Both the position numbers and the translations under genes were made by a program. The notes beneath the pieces were generated by a model. That model was not told the origin of the DNA and ran no database searches. It worked only from the letters and a program-made list of their open reading frames with translations. This document shows positions 52,689-64,000 of a DNA stretch of 64,000 bases, in pieces. Source of the stretch: Octopus vulgaris (lineage: Eukaryota); assembly GCA_951406725.2 (NCBI GenBank), contig OX597816.1, forward strand, positions 66,898,001 through 66,962,000, written 5' to 3'. Each line of letters opens with the position of its first letter. The first letter of the stretch is position 1.

Positions 52689-52879
52689 GAGGAGGAGGAG
52701 GAGGAGGAGGAGGAAGAAGAAGAAGAAGAAGAAGAAGAAGAAGAAGAAGAAGAAGAAGAAGAAGAAGAAGAAGAAGAAGAGGAGGAGGAGGAGAAGAAGA
52801 AGAAGAAGAAGAAGAAGAAGACAACAACAATAACAAGGAGAATAACAGTATTGCAACAAATGGAAGCGGTCCTACTTAC

Positions 52880-53083
52880 TGGTTTCCGATCATAGTATAG
52901 AACTGGTGGAACTCCCATAAACTCAACTCGCCGTTATGATCTCTGTCGAACATTTCAAACATGCTTTCTGCTTGTTCGTCTTTCAGACCGAATTCGTCCA
53001 AAAACAATTTGATGGCATCTCCTTTGTTCAATCGACGTACCATCGTCTTTTGGTATTTATCAAAGATTGCTTGCACTTCAGGG
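52880..53083 (-). CDS. Internal exon of calmodulin-like EF-hand protein gene (PEVQAIFDKYQKTMVRRLNKGDAIKLFLDEFGLKDEQAESMFEMFDRDHNGELSLWEFHQFYTMIGN)
   Basis: Acceptor tttattcctttAG, donor CA|GTAAGT; canonical EF loop DRDHNGELSLWE; phase 2-2, matching the next exon. Confidence 0.88.
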
Positions 53084-53179
53084 CTAAAGGAATAAAAGAT
53101 AAAATAAGCATAAATAAGCGGTTCAATAGTTATCGATGAAATAAGCATAAGGTGGAAATAAGTACTAATGATCAAGATA

Positions 53180-53412
53180 TATTTCTTTACTACCCACAAG
53201 GGGTTAAACACAGAAGGGACAAACAAGGACAGACAAACGGATTAAGTCGATTATATCGACCCCAGTGCGTAACTAGCACTTATTTAATCGACCCCGAAAG
53301 GATGAAAGGCAAAGTCGACCTCGGCAGAATTTGAACTCAGAACGTAGCGACAGACAAAATACTGCTGAGCATTTCGCCCGGCGTGCTAACGTTTCTGCTA
53401 GCTCGCCGCCCT
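53180..53412 (-). mobile_element. SINE family B with 18-bp TSD
   Basis: TSD ataagtactaatgatcaa at 53158-53175 and 53414-53431. Confidence 0.92.
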
Positions 53413-53537
53413 TATAAGTACTAATGATCAATATACTCGACTTAAAAGTCTTGACGGTGGTACCCTAGCAAGACAATAGTTCACAGACTAAACCAGTAAA
53501 AGAATAGAAAGAAGAAAAAACGAATATCCAGTGTATG

Positions 53538-53610
53538 GATTCTATGGCGTAATTGGTTAGCACTCTGGACTCTAAATCTTGCATTCAGAGTTCGAATCTC
53601 AATAGATCTT
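53538..53610 (+). pseudogene. tRNA-Gln-like pseudogene with anticodon position reading CTA
   Basis: gattctatggcgtaattggttagcactctggactCTAaatcttgcattcagagttcgaatctcaatagatct is colinear with metazoan tRNA-Gln(CTG); A and B boxes present; mismatches in acceptor, anticodon and T stems. Confidence 0.7.
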
Positions 53611-53988
53611 GATACCGTATTTTTTAGGTGCTGGAATGGTTGTTTGGTTAAGAGGATTGCTATGCAACCTCGTGGTTTCGAGTGTGACACCATGGGCAAA
53701 CGTCTTCTACTATAGCCCCGGGTCGACCGATGCCTTCTGAGCGAATTCGGTTGACGAATACTGTATAGAAGCCCGTCGTATTCATACATATATTATAAAA
53801 ATAATAACCGGTGGTGGTGGTAGTGGATAGTGGATAGTGGCTGGCAGGCGTAGTGTTCCAATAATCAAGGAAGATAATTTATGCTTGAAAAAGAGAAATG
53901 ATAAATCTAAGATATGATCCAGTAGGCATGTTTTAAGCCTCACACAGTGAATAATAATTAATTTAATTGAGGAAAAGAGAAGTCAATC

Positions 53989-54046
<58 letters not shown>

Positions 54047-54060
54047 GGGGGGTGTTTGTG

Positions 54061-54094
<34 letters not shown>

Positions 54095-54097
<3 letters not shown>

Positions 54098-54267
54098 GCC
54101 ATGATAGATCGCTAGCCACTACATATTTCTTATTTTATCTCCGCTTCTTTCTGTGGAAGAGAGTAGGCTCGAAACGTTAAAGACATTTTCACTTCCCGAG
54201 CGTTAAACTAATACATCTGTTTGTTGTCCACACCACCTATCTTCGTCTTTTTTTTTGTGAATTCTCC

Positions 54268-54270
<3 letters not shown>
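54095..54270 (+). mobile_element. Short solo pLTR-like insertion in (TA)n
   Basis: 175-bp non-microsatellite island flanked by (TA)n on both sides, carrying a minimal hammerhead-like motif. Confidence 0.5.
54146..54183 (+). ncRNA. Minimal hammerhead-like motif (core variant CTGTGGA)
   Basis: tcttt-CTGTGGA-a-gag(agtagg)ctc-GAAA-cg-TT-aaaga; perfect helix I and AACGTT palindrome; core A6 substituted. Confidence 0.5.
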
Positions 54271-54322
<52 letters not shown>

Positions 54323-54514
54323 CATGTATGTTGGTTAGTTTGGTCCCCTCCCTATACTTTAGCGGATCGGCAAAAGAGACCGACAGAATAAGTACTGAAG
54401 TAGATTTGTGCGACTAAACCATACATAGCGGTGCTCCAGCGTGACCTCAGTCCAATGACTGGAACAAGTAAAACACAAAGGATATGATTTATGATTATAA
54501 GCTTCACTGCTACT

Positions 54515-54579
<65 letters not shown>

Positions 54580-54880
54580 TTGTTTTGAACTTGACCGAGT
54601 TCGTCGTTTTTAATTTTCTAATGACGCTTTACTACAAGATCGCCAGTTAATGAGGTACCCTCTAAGCAGTTGCTCGAGCAGCTATAAATAGCAGTGAAAT
54701 ATACCTCCAAATCACAATTTCAAACGTTTTTGAAAATAAAAGCAAGGAGACATTATGCGCGTGTGTGTGCGTGCGCACGCGCGTGTGAATGTGTGGTGTG
54801 AATGTGTGGTGTGTATGTGCATACATGTGTGTGTGTGTGTACAAATATACATGAATATATGTTTACACAGATAGATAACG

Positions 54881-55333
<453 letters not shown>

Positions 55334-55338
<5 letters not shown>

Positions 55339-57641
55339 CATCATCATCATCATCGTCGTTTAACGTCCGTTCTCCATGCTAGCATGGGTTGGACGGTTCG
55401 ACCGGGGTTCTGGGAAGCCAGAAGGCTGCACCAGGCTCCAGTCTAAATTTGGCAATGTTTCTACAGCTGGATGCCCTTCCTAACGCCAACCACTCCGTGA
55501 GTGTAGTGGGTGCTTTTTACGTGCCACCTGCACAGGTGCCAGGCGGGGCTGGCAACGGCCACGGTCAGATTGGTGTATTTTATGTGCCACCGGCACGGAA
55601 GCCAGTCGAGGCGGTGCTGGCATCGGCCACGAGTCGGATAGTGCTTTTTACGTACCACCAGACCAGGGATCCTGGCTGGTTCAATTCGATTTCGATTTCG
55701 CTTGCCCCAACATGTCTTCACAAGCAAAGGGGTTGGCAAGGGTGCCTGTCGTACGGTCGCATTGGAGTATTTTACGTGCCACGGCCACGAGTCGGATAGT
55801 GCTTTTTACGTACCATCAGACCAGGGATCCTGGCTGGTTCAATTCGATTTCGATTTCGCTTGCCCCAACATGTCTTCACAAGCAAAGGGGGTTGGCATGG
55901 GTGCCTGTCGTACGGTCGCATTGGAGTATTTTACGTGCCACGGCCACGAGTCGGATAGTGCTTTTTACGTACCACCAGGCCAGGGATCCTGGCTGGTTCA
56001 ATTCGGTTTCGATTTCGATTTCGCTTGCCCCAACATGTCTTCGCAAGCATGGGGGGTTGGCATGGGTGTCTGTCGTCGGATGAGGTTCTATATCGACTTC
56101 GCTTGCCTCAACCGGTCTTTGTGTCCAAGGGAGGAAAGGCATTCATAAGTGGGCTGGGCTCACTTGTCCTGCCTGGTCTTCTCACGTACAGAATATTTCC
56201 AAAGGTCTCGGTCTCTGGTCATTTCCTCAGTGAGGCCTAAAGTTCGAAGGTCGTGCTTCACCACCTCGTCCCAGGTTTTCCTGGGTCTACCTCTTCCACG
56301 GGTTCCCTCAACTGCTAGGGATTGGCACTTTCTCACGCACCTATCTTCATCCATTCTCGCCACATGACCATACCAGCGCAATCGTCTCTCTTGCACACCA
56401 CAACTGATGCTTCTTAGGTACAACATTTCTCTCAAGGTGCTAACGCTCTGTCGAGTATGTACACTGACATTACACATCCATCGGAGCATACTGGCTTCAT
56501 TCCTCACGAGCTTACGCATGTCCTCAGCAGTCACGGCCCATGTTTCGCTGCCATGTAGCATGGCTGTTCGTACACACGCATCATACAGTCTGCCTTTTAC
56601 TCTGAGCGAGAGGCCTTTAGTCACCAGCAGAGGTAAGAGCTCCCTAAACTTTGCCCAGGCTATTCTTATTCTAGCAGTTACACTTTCAGCGCACCCACCC
56701 CCACTACTGACTTGGTCACCTAGATAACGGAAGCTATCAACTACTTCTAGTTTTTCCCCCTGGAAAGTGACGGAAGTTGTTTTCTGCAGATTTTCGGAGG
56801 TTAATGCTCCCGAGCATCTGCCACATACAAAAACTATCTTCCCAGTTAGCCTACCTTTGACATTGCTGCACCTCTTATGTGTCCATAGCTTACACTGGGT
56901 ACATCTTATAGAGTTTCTACCTACACCTTTTCTACAGATCGAGCAGGGCCATCTTCCTGAAGATATTTGTGGATTGTCTACCTTTCTACTTATTAGTACT
57001 TTGGTTTTAGCTAGGTTGACTCTAAGGCCCCTTGATTCTAAACCCTCCTTCCACACCTGGAACTTCTCCTCCAGTTCTGATAGTGACTCAGCAATAAGAG
57101 CAAGGTCGTCAGCGTAGAGGAGCTCCCAGGGACAGCCTGTCTTGAATTCCTCCGTAATTGCCTGGAGTACTATGATAAATAGGAGGGGGCTGAGTACTGA
57201 ACCCTGGTGGACCCCAACCTCTACTTTGAATTCTTCTGTGTACATGTTGCCAACCCTAACCTTACTTACGGCATCTCTGTACATGGCTTGCACAGTCCTC
57301 ACCAGCCATTCATCTATCCCTAGTTTCCTCATTGACCACCAGATAAGGGATCGGGGGACCCTATCAAAAGCTTTCTCCATGTCAACGAAAGCCAGGTACA
57401 GGGGCTTATCTTTGGCTAGGTATTTCTCCTGCAGCTGCCTTACCAGGAATATAGCATCAGTGGTACTTTTCCCTGGCACGAACCCAAACTGCATCTCATC
57501 TAAACTAACTCTCTCTCTAATTAGTTGGGCTATGACCCTCTCCGTAACCTTCATTACTTGATCCAACAGCTTGATACCTCTGTAATTATTTGTATCTAGG
57601 GCATCACCTTTACCTTTGTAGCAGTTGACTAGTATGCTGCT
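55334..57641 (-). mobile_element. RTE-clade LINE, 5'-truncated young copy: open RT frame 57641-56160, 3' UTR with tandem repeats, (GAT)n tail
   Basis: [75 protein letters not shown]; no stops in ~490 codons; both ends in (TA)n. The annotated ORF N-terminus is microsatellite. Confidence 0.96.
55624..56075. repeat. ~158-bp tandem repeat (~2.8 copies) inside the RTE 3' UTR
   Basis: cggccacgagtcggatagtgc at 55624, 55782, 55941. Confidence 0.9.
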
Positions 57642-57648
57642 GTATATA

Positions 57649-57734
<86 letters not shown>

Positions 57735-57737
57735 CAC

Positions 57738-57782
<45 letters not shown>

Positions 57783-57787
57783 CATAG

Positions 57788-58506
57788 GTAAACAGTAAAA
57801 ATAATTACAGACATGGACAAGAACATGAAACGCCACAGAGACGACACAAGAACCACAGGACGGGACATTCGAAGCCCTCAGTCATCAGTCAAGAACCAGA
57901 TCATCTTAGCAATTTCGGCTGATTAATCTTGAGATTGCTCCGATATGGGCAGCCCGCCACGGGAAATCTAAGCCAAGTGCATTAGATCCCCTGGAAGAAA
58001 GCTTCGAATGTATACAACACGAGGACGGAAAACGAACGAAGTACACGAACAAAAATACAGAATACGTGACAACAATAAGAATACAAAAACGTAAAAACAA
58101 TAACGGTAAAAATAAAGTATAAAAAATAAACAACAAAACAAAACCAGGACGTAGGACAAGGGTCTTTCGACAGGACGAATTGAGCATGGGGCTGGCTTAT
58201 GAAGTTGTGCCTAATGGCCACAGGGAGACGAACAAGTACGTGTTGCTTCAACGGCTGCTGGAACGAAAAGAGCGCTCAACAGCGGTCAGCGGTCACGTGA
58301 GAACAAAAGACAAGAGAAAGGGACAGATGAAAAGAGAGAGAAGGTGGACGAGGGAGGAGAAGAAAGAGACAGATCGAGGGGGCTGGAGGTGAGAGAGATA
58401 GAGAAACGTAGAAGGGGGGGAAACGGATGGAGAGGGAAAGAAAGGAGGGGGAATAAGGGAGAGAGAGAGAGAGAGAAAGAAAGATTAAGAGTCGTATCAA
58501 TGCTTG
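57788..58506 (-). mobile_element. Unclassified (TA)n-embedded repeat; a shorter related copy lies at 25356-25515 (+)
   Basis: Both share ggagcaatctcaagattaatcagccgaaattg...ggttcttgactga.ga.tga.ggcttcgaatgtcccgtcc; both are flanked by (TA)n. Confidence 0.6.
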
Positions 58507-58542
58507 ATATACATATATATATATATACATATATATATATAC

Positions 58543-58599
<57 letters not shown>

Positions 58600-58600
58600 C

Positions 58601-58689
<89 letters not shown>

Positions 58690-58692
58690 CAC

Positions 58693-58785
<93 letters not shown>

Positions 58786-59844
58786 CTGCATGCTCAGAAA
58801 TATATATACATATACATCTATATACCCATAAGCATAGTACACTCACAGACACAAACACACATATACGAACACATCTATATAGATGAGAAATGGCTCTCTT
58901 CCTAATCAGGAAATGCCTTTAACAGACTGTGTGATACCTAACTTAGAAAAGGGAAACATTCCTGAATCCTTTCTCACCGTTTATTTTAAGTAATTCTTAC
59001 TGTCTCCGCCCCCTTCACCGCCTCCTGCTTTTCTAACTCTCTCCTGCTCTTTCTTTACCGAGAAATAATATCACAACTAAAGAATGCCAGAGATATGATG
59101 TTGCTAACAACTCTAAACCCTTTCTCAAGGGAAACCGAAGGGATTGTAATATATCCCACCTCATTCCTTCCTGTCTGGTAATATTCTTTACACAAGGTAT
59201 CTTTCAGTCGTAATTTTATTTTTCTTCAAGTTAACCAGTTAATTCAAGGTAACCTTATGAATTTTGTGATAAACAGATGATGCGATATCTATAGCGCATG
59301 TTTGTGCGTGTGCTTTCACTTGTCTTTATTCTTAATTAATATTCTTCTTTAAAGGAGAAATTTGGTTTCTTTTTTTAAAAAAAGTGCCCATCACTGGATA
59401 ACTTCAACGATAATTGTTACATATTTAACTTTAAGAAAGTCTTGCATATTTTTACTGCTCTACTTACAGATATCTGTAAAATTCATATTCACCGGTTTCT
59501 TTTTGTAATAGATAATCGTAGCTTTTCTAGATTGTCGCTTAGACATTTACTAACATAACCAAATGTACAGTGATTATTCATAGGAATGAAAATTTATAAT
59601 CAAGGTAACGGTGCTGCGGGTTTCGAAGAGATGTCCTTAGTTATTCTCCTTCTCGGTAATTTTGGAAGAGATATTTACATATAGAAGGTAGCTATCCTCT
59701 GATACTGTACATAACTTTTCTGTCTCTCACTCTTCCCCTCTCTCTCACACACACTCTCTCTACGTGTGTGTGCGCGTGTGTGAGTGTGTGTACATACTCG
59801 AAGGCAAAGTTGAACGGCGGATAAAGGGTGGAATTCGATCTCAG

Positions 59845-60363
<519 letters not shown>

Positions 60364-60935
60364 TAGAGTGAACTCAAAGACTTCCTGTCCAATGTGGAAT
60401 TGCTCACGGTGAATCACTGTGAGATAGCTTAAGTTCCTGCTATAAATTCCAAACAGTGCTATAAGTACAACCAAACTAATGGTAATGGTGTCCGGCTCAC
60501 GATCATAAGGTGCTTGGTTCAATTTCTGAACCGGACAGCGCATTGTAATGAGTAATGCACCTCATTTATTTCACAGGACTTTTGTTTACTCAACTGAAAA
60601 TTACCACCAACTGACTGCTGGTGCAGTTCCCTTTTTCACCCACTTGTCATATCCTGGATGTGTCCGGCTTAAGAATAAGAAAGTCAAGAGGATGTTTGTG
60701 AACATGTCTATGTCTACACGCGACTATATGGGCACCTGCAACAGTTAGAGATAGCATGGTAAATGTTACCAATCCATACTCGCTCACAAGAGACGAGTGG
60801 TTAATTAATGCATTACACAGCATTATTTTATTTTATTTTTTGATAGATTGAAATGTAATGGATGATACTTTGTATGTTTATCAATGGAGTTATGACTTAC
60901 ATTATATATAAAAGTATATTTTATTTTTCTATGCA

Positions 60936-61222
60936 CCCTTTTCAAGCCTAGCCAGGCTCATGGGCCTGGCTTTCCAGTTTCTATGGCGTATATGTTCCCC
61001 CCAGCTGGACGGGACGCCAGTCCATAGCATCGTTACTCAAGGAACAGGAAGAAAGAGTGAGAGAAAGAGTACAACAGGGGTCGCCACCAACCCCTGCTAG
61101 AGCCTCGTGGAGCTTTAGGTGTTCTCGCTCAATAAACACACACAACGCCCGGTCTGGGAATCGAAACCGCGATCCTTCGACCGCAAGTCCGCTGCTCTAA
61201 CCACTGGGCCATTGCGCCTCCA
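60936..61222 (-). mobile_element. SINE family C, tail type 2
   Basis: Same head; V-domain-like atggactggcgtcccgtccag. Confidence 0.85.
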
Positions 61223-61523
61223 TAAAAAAGTGTACCTTCCTACAAAATGCTGAATTGATTATGTGTATGAAAGGTAGCGAGATGGGTGACGTTGGTTTAT
61301 ATATGAAGATATACAGATAGCTAAGCTGATAGTAGAAATAAAAGCAGTTAATAGAAGAGAATGAAGGAGAGAGCGGGAAAACTTAACTGTCAATGTGTAG
61401 GAAATAAGATCAGTAAATGAAATTAACTCTTTTTCTTTCCCTCCCTCCCTCCCTCACTTCCTTTCTTTCCTTTATCTCTTCCCCCTCTCTTCATTGCCGA
61501 ATTACTCTGTTATTCACACGCTC

Positions 61524-61610
<87 letters not shown>

Positions 61611-61690
61611 CACCTACCTACCTACCTACCTACCTACCTACCTACATCTATCTACTTATTCACATCAGGGATTTTACTATTTGCTGTGTC

Positions 61691-61721
<31 letters not shown>

Positions 61722-62275
61722 GCGCGTGCGTGCGTGTGCGCATGTGTAATTGAATGTTGGAATGTATGCATTCGTGTAAAGTCATATTGAACATGTTCGA
61801 GTACACAGCTTTACTCTGATTGCTACTCAGTATATCTGTCTTCATGACGTCTTTATTTGTTTTAATCTGCCGTCAAGACTTCCCATATGTATGTATGTGT
61901 GTATACACAGAAACACACACACATATATATACATATTAGCTGTGTTATGCGATTAAGCAGTTCAGTAGCTGTGCTTAATATAAGGACAAATCTTTCTTTC
62001 GGGCTGTAAAAGTCAGATATGATGTTCATAGCTGATGGCGCGTAGCAATGCAGATACGCATGCGTCATACGAATCAATGACGTCATTCACAGCCCAATGT
62101 GTTTTCAAGCATGTCGTCTCGGAGGAGTATTTTCTCCCGAGACTATTTCCCCAGCGATACGTCTCCTCACGTCCGAGTGTACTCGAACATGTTCAATATG
62201 ACTTTACACGAATGCATACATTCCAACATTCAATTACACATGCGCACACGCACGCACGCGCACACACATACACAC

Positions 62276-62349
<74 letters not shown>

Positions 62350-62689
62350 GCGCGTATCATTTCTCTCTCTAGCATCTGTGTTTCTCGATAGACATGAGGT
62401 TTGCTCCACTAGTAGAAATGGAGTTTGAGGCTGCAGCACCCATAGCTTGTTGCAATTTTTACAAGTAAAAGCTGTACGGATGTTGGTTTCGCCTGCAATC
62501 TCACCTCCTGCCCACCCACAGTTCAGCTTTACTCTGATTGCTACTCAGTATATCTGTCTTCATGACATGTCTTTATTTGTTTTAATCTGCCGTCAAGACT
62601 TCCCATATGTATGTATGTGTGTATACACAGAAACACACACACATATATATACATATTAGCTGTGTTATGCGATTAAGCAGTTCAGTAGC
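61691..62689. repeat. Local inverted plus direct duplication
   Basis: 61691-61806 is the reverse complement of 62177-62290; 61806-61969 is a direct copy of 62524-62689. Confidence 0.9.
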
Positions 62690-63599
62690 ATATCATCATT
62701 GTCGACATCTTTATCCTCATTGTCATCATACCCGCAACTTCTTCATTCTCGTCACCACCACCACCATCATCTCATCATCCTCTTCATCATCATCGCACTC
62801 CGACTACCATTGTTTTAAATAAACACGGTTATCGCCATAATTTTTTCGTGATGCCAGCACTAGAGAATTTGTTGTCATGTCTTCGGCATGACCAATGAGT
62901 CCTCTCAGCGTTGTTTCCGATTGTTCAATGAAAATGTGACCAAGGAGGTGAACAGAAAAGTGATGACCAAGAAAGCGAAAGATGATAGACTATGAGTGTG
63001 ATACAGGAAACTGAATAATGGGAGTGAAAGAATGATGGGTAAAAAAAGTAGTAGCAGAGAGACAATGATAGCTACGTGCCGGTTCTTGATGAGGAGACTG
63101 AATACAAAAGCAACAAGGGTGATGTTATGAGGATAGCAATAAAGATAGATGAAGGTAAAAGAGAACAAGTGATGGATAGTAATAGAGATGAGTATTGATA
63201 AGTGAGGTGAGGATGCCAATGAAGAGAGACATGGCAATAGAGAAAATGATAACCAGCTGTAAAGAGCGGTAATGTTAGAAGATAATGAGTAGAGATCCGA
63301 AACAATCCTTCGTTACACAGATGCCGTGAATGGAGTGTGGTAGAGTGTTAGAAGCTAACGAAGGAAGAGAGATGGCATAGTAAATAGTGATGCTTGAATA
63401 ACTGAGTTCCCACGGACCCAGTGTCACCCTCATTATCAAGTAGTATGGTACACCGAAAGAAAAAGAGAGTGATTTATGGATGAGAAGGTAACAAAGAAAC
63501 CAGTAAGTAGATGGCGACTTAATAGAAATACAATGGCCAAGAGACCCAAATGGAGATATATTATGTATCACAACCTCCATTACCACCACCATTTTACCG

Positions 63600-63960
63600 A
63601 CTGGTTGGCCACACCTGAACAGGCGAGGAGGTCTTCTGAAGCACCGCATATCTCCACTCATCGTGATATTCATATACTTTGTGAGATTCAGTTTCTTGAG
63701 ATCAATCGTCATCATTTTGTCACATCTTTCCAGATATATCTTTTCCACTGGTTTCATCCACTTCAATCTTGCAGCAGTTCCTTATTCAATTGACATCCGC
63801 CATACACATCTCATATTCTTCATAAACCCAGCTTTCTCTCTTGCACACAAGATATGATTCCTTTTGTAGCCAGCTTTTCTATCAATTCATTTACGTTCCG
63901 TCATTCGTACAAACTAACATTACACATCCAGTGGGTCGTCCGTCACAAATCTTCTGCGTT
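63600..63960 (-). mobile_element. Highly degenerate RTE fragment
   Basis: Minus strand WMCNVSLYE*RNVNELIEKLATKGIISCVQERKL aligns by eye with [20 protein letters not shown]...GVQERRL. Confidence 0.6.
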
Positions 63961-64000
63961 CAAGCCACTCGTTTCCCTACCGCGCACCATCGTACTTCGT

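Noticed and set aside
57642-57836. N-terminal extension of the 558-aa ORF
   Set aside because: Read-through of (TA)n; the LINE is 5'-truncated at ~57641 and has no endonuclease domain.
63275-63793. 163-aa and 105-aa ORFs near the window end
   Set aside because: They overlap a decayed RTE fragment and low-complexity sequence; no domain or splice support.

Overview
AT-rich, microsatellite-dense animal genomic DNA. The repeat families and gene content suggest a coleoid cephalopod, most likely Octopus (my inference, not verified). I could assemble two convergent spliced genes by hand. (1) A + strand 8-exon gene (9195-38461, 439 aa, all splice phases consistent) encodes a type-I membrane glycoprotein: signal peptide, Cys-containing/discoidin-like ectodomain, Thr-rich mucin stalk, CxCxC plus basic juxtamembrane motif, and a C-terminal TM helix. 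(2) A - strand calmodulin-like EF-hand gene has two clear exons (53083-52880 and 43896-~43623); its start and end are unresolved. The rest is mostly mobile DNA: three tRNA-derived SINE families, RTE LINE copies (one with an open ~490-codon RT frame containing a PHD-like finger), R4/Dong-like fragments in (TAA)n, a mariner, Helitron/Helentron-type elements, and two very homogeneous tandem arrays. The most striking signal is a recurring module of about ten sequence-divergent type-I hammerhead-ribozyme motifs with palindromic helix III. Most sit in elements abutting (TA)n tracts, six are built as long fold-backs, and the window also holds Penelope-like RT and GIY-YIG remnants. Most ORFs in the supplied track are microsatellite or SINE artefacts. 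All calls come from reading the sequence; no searches or folding programs were run.
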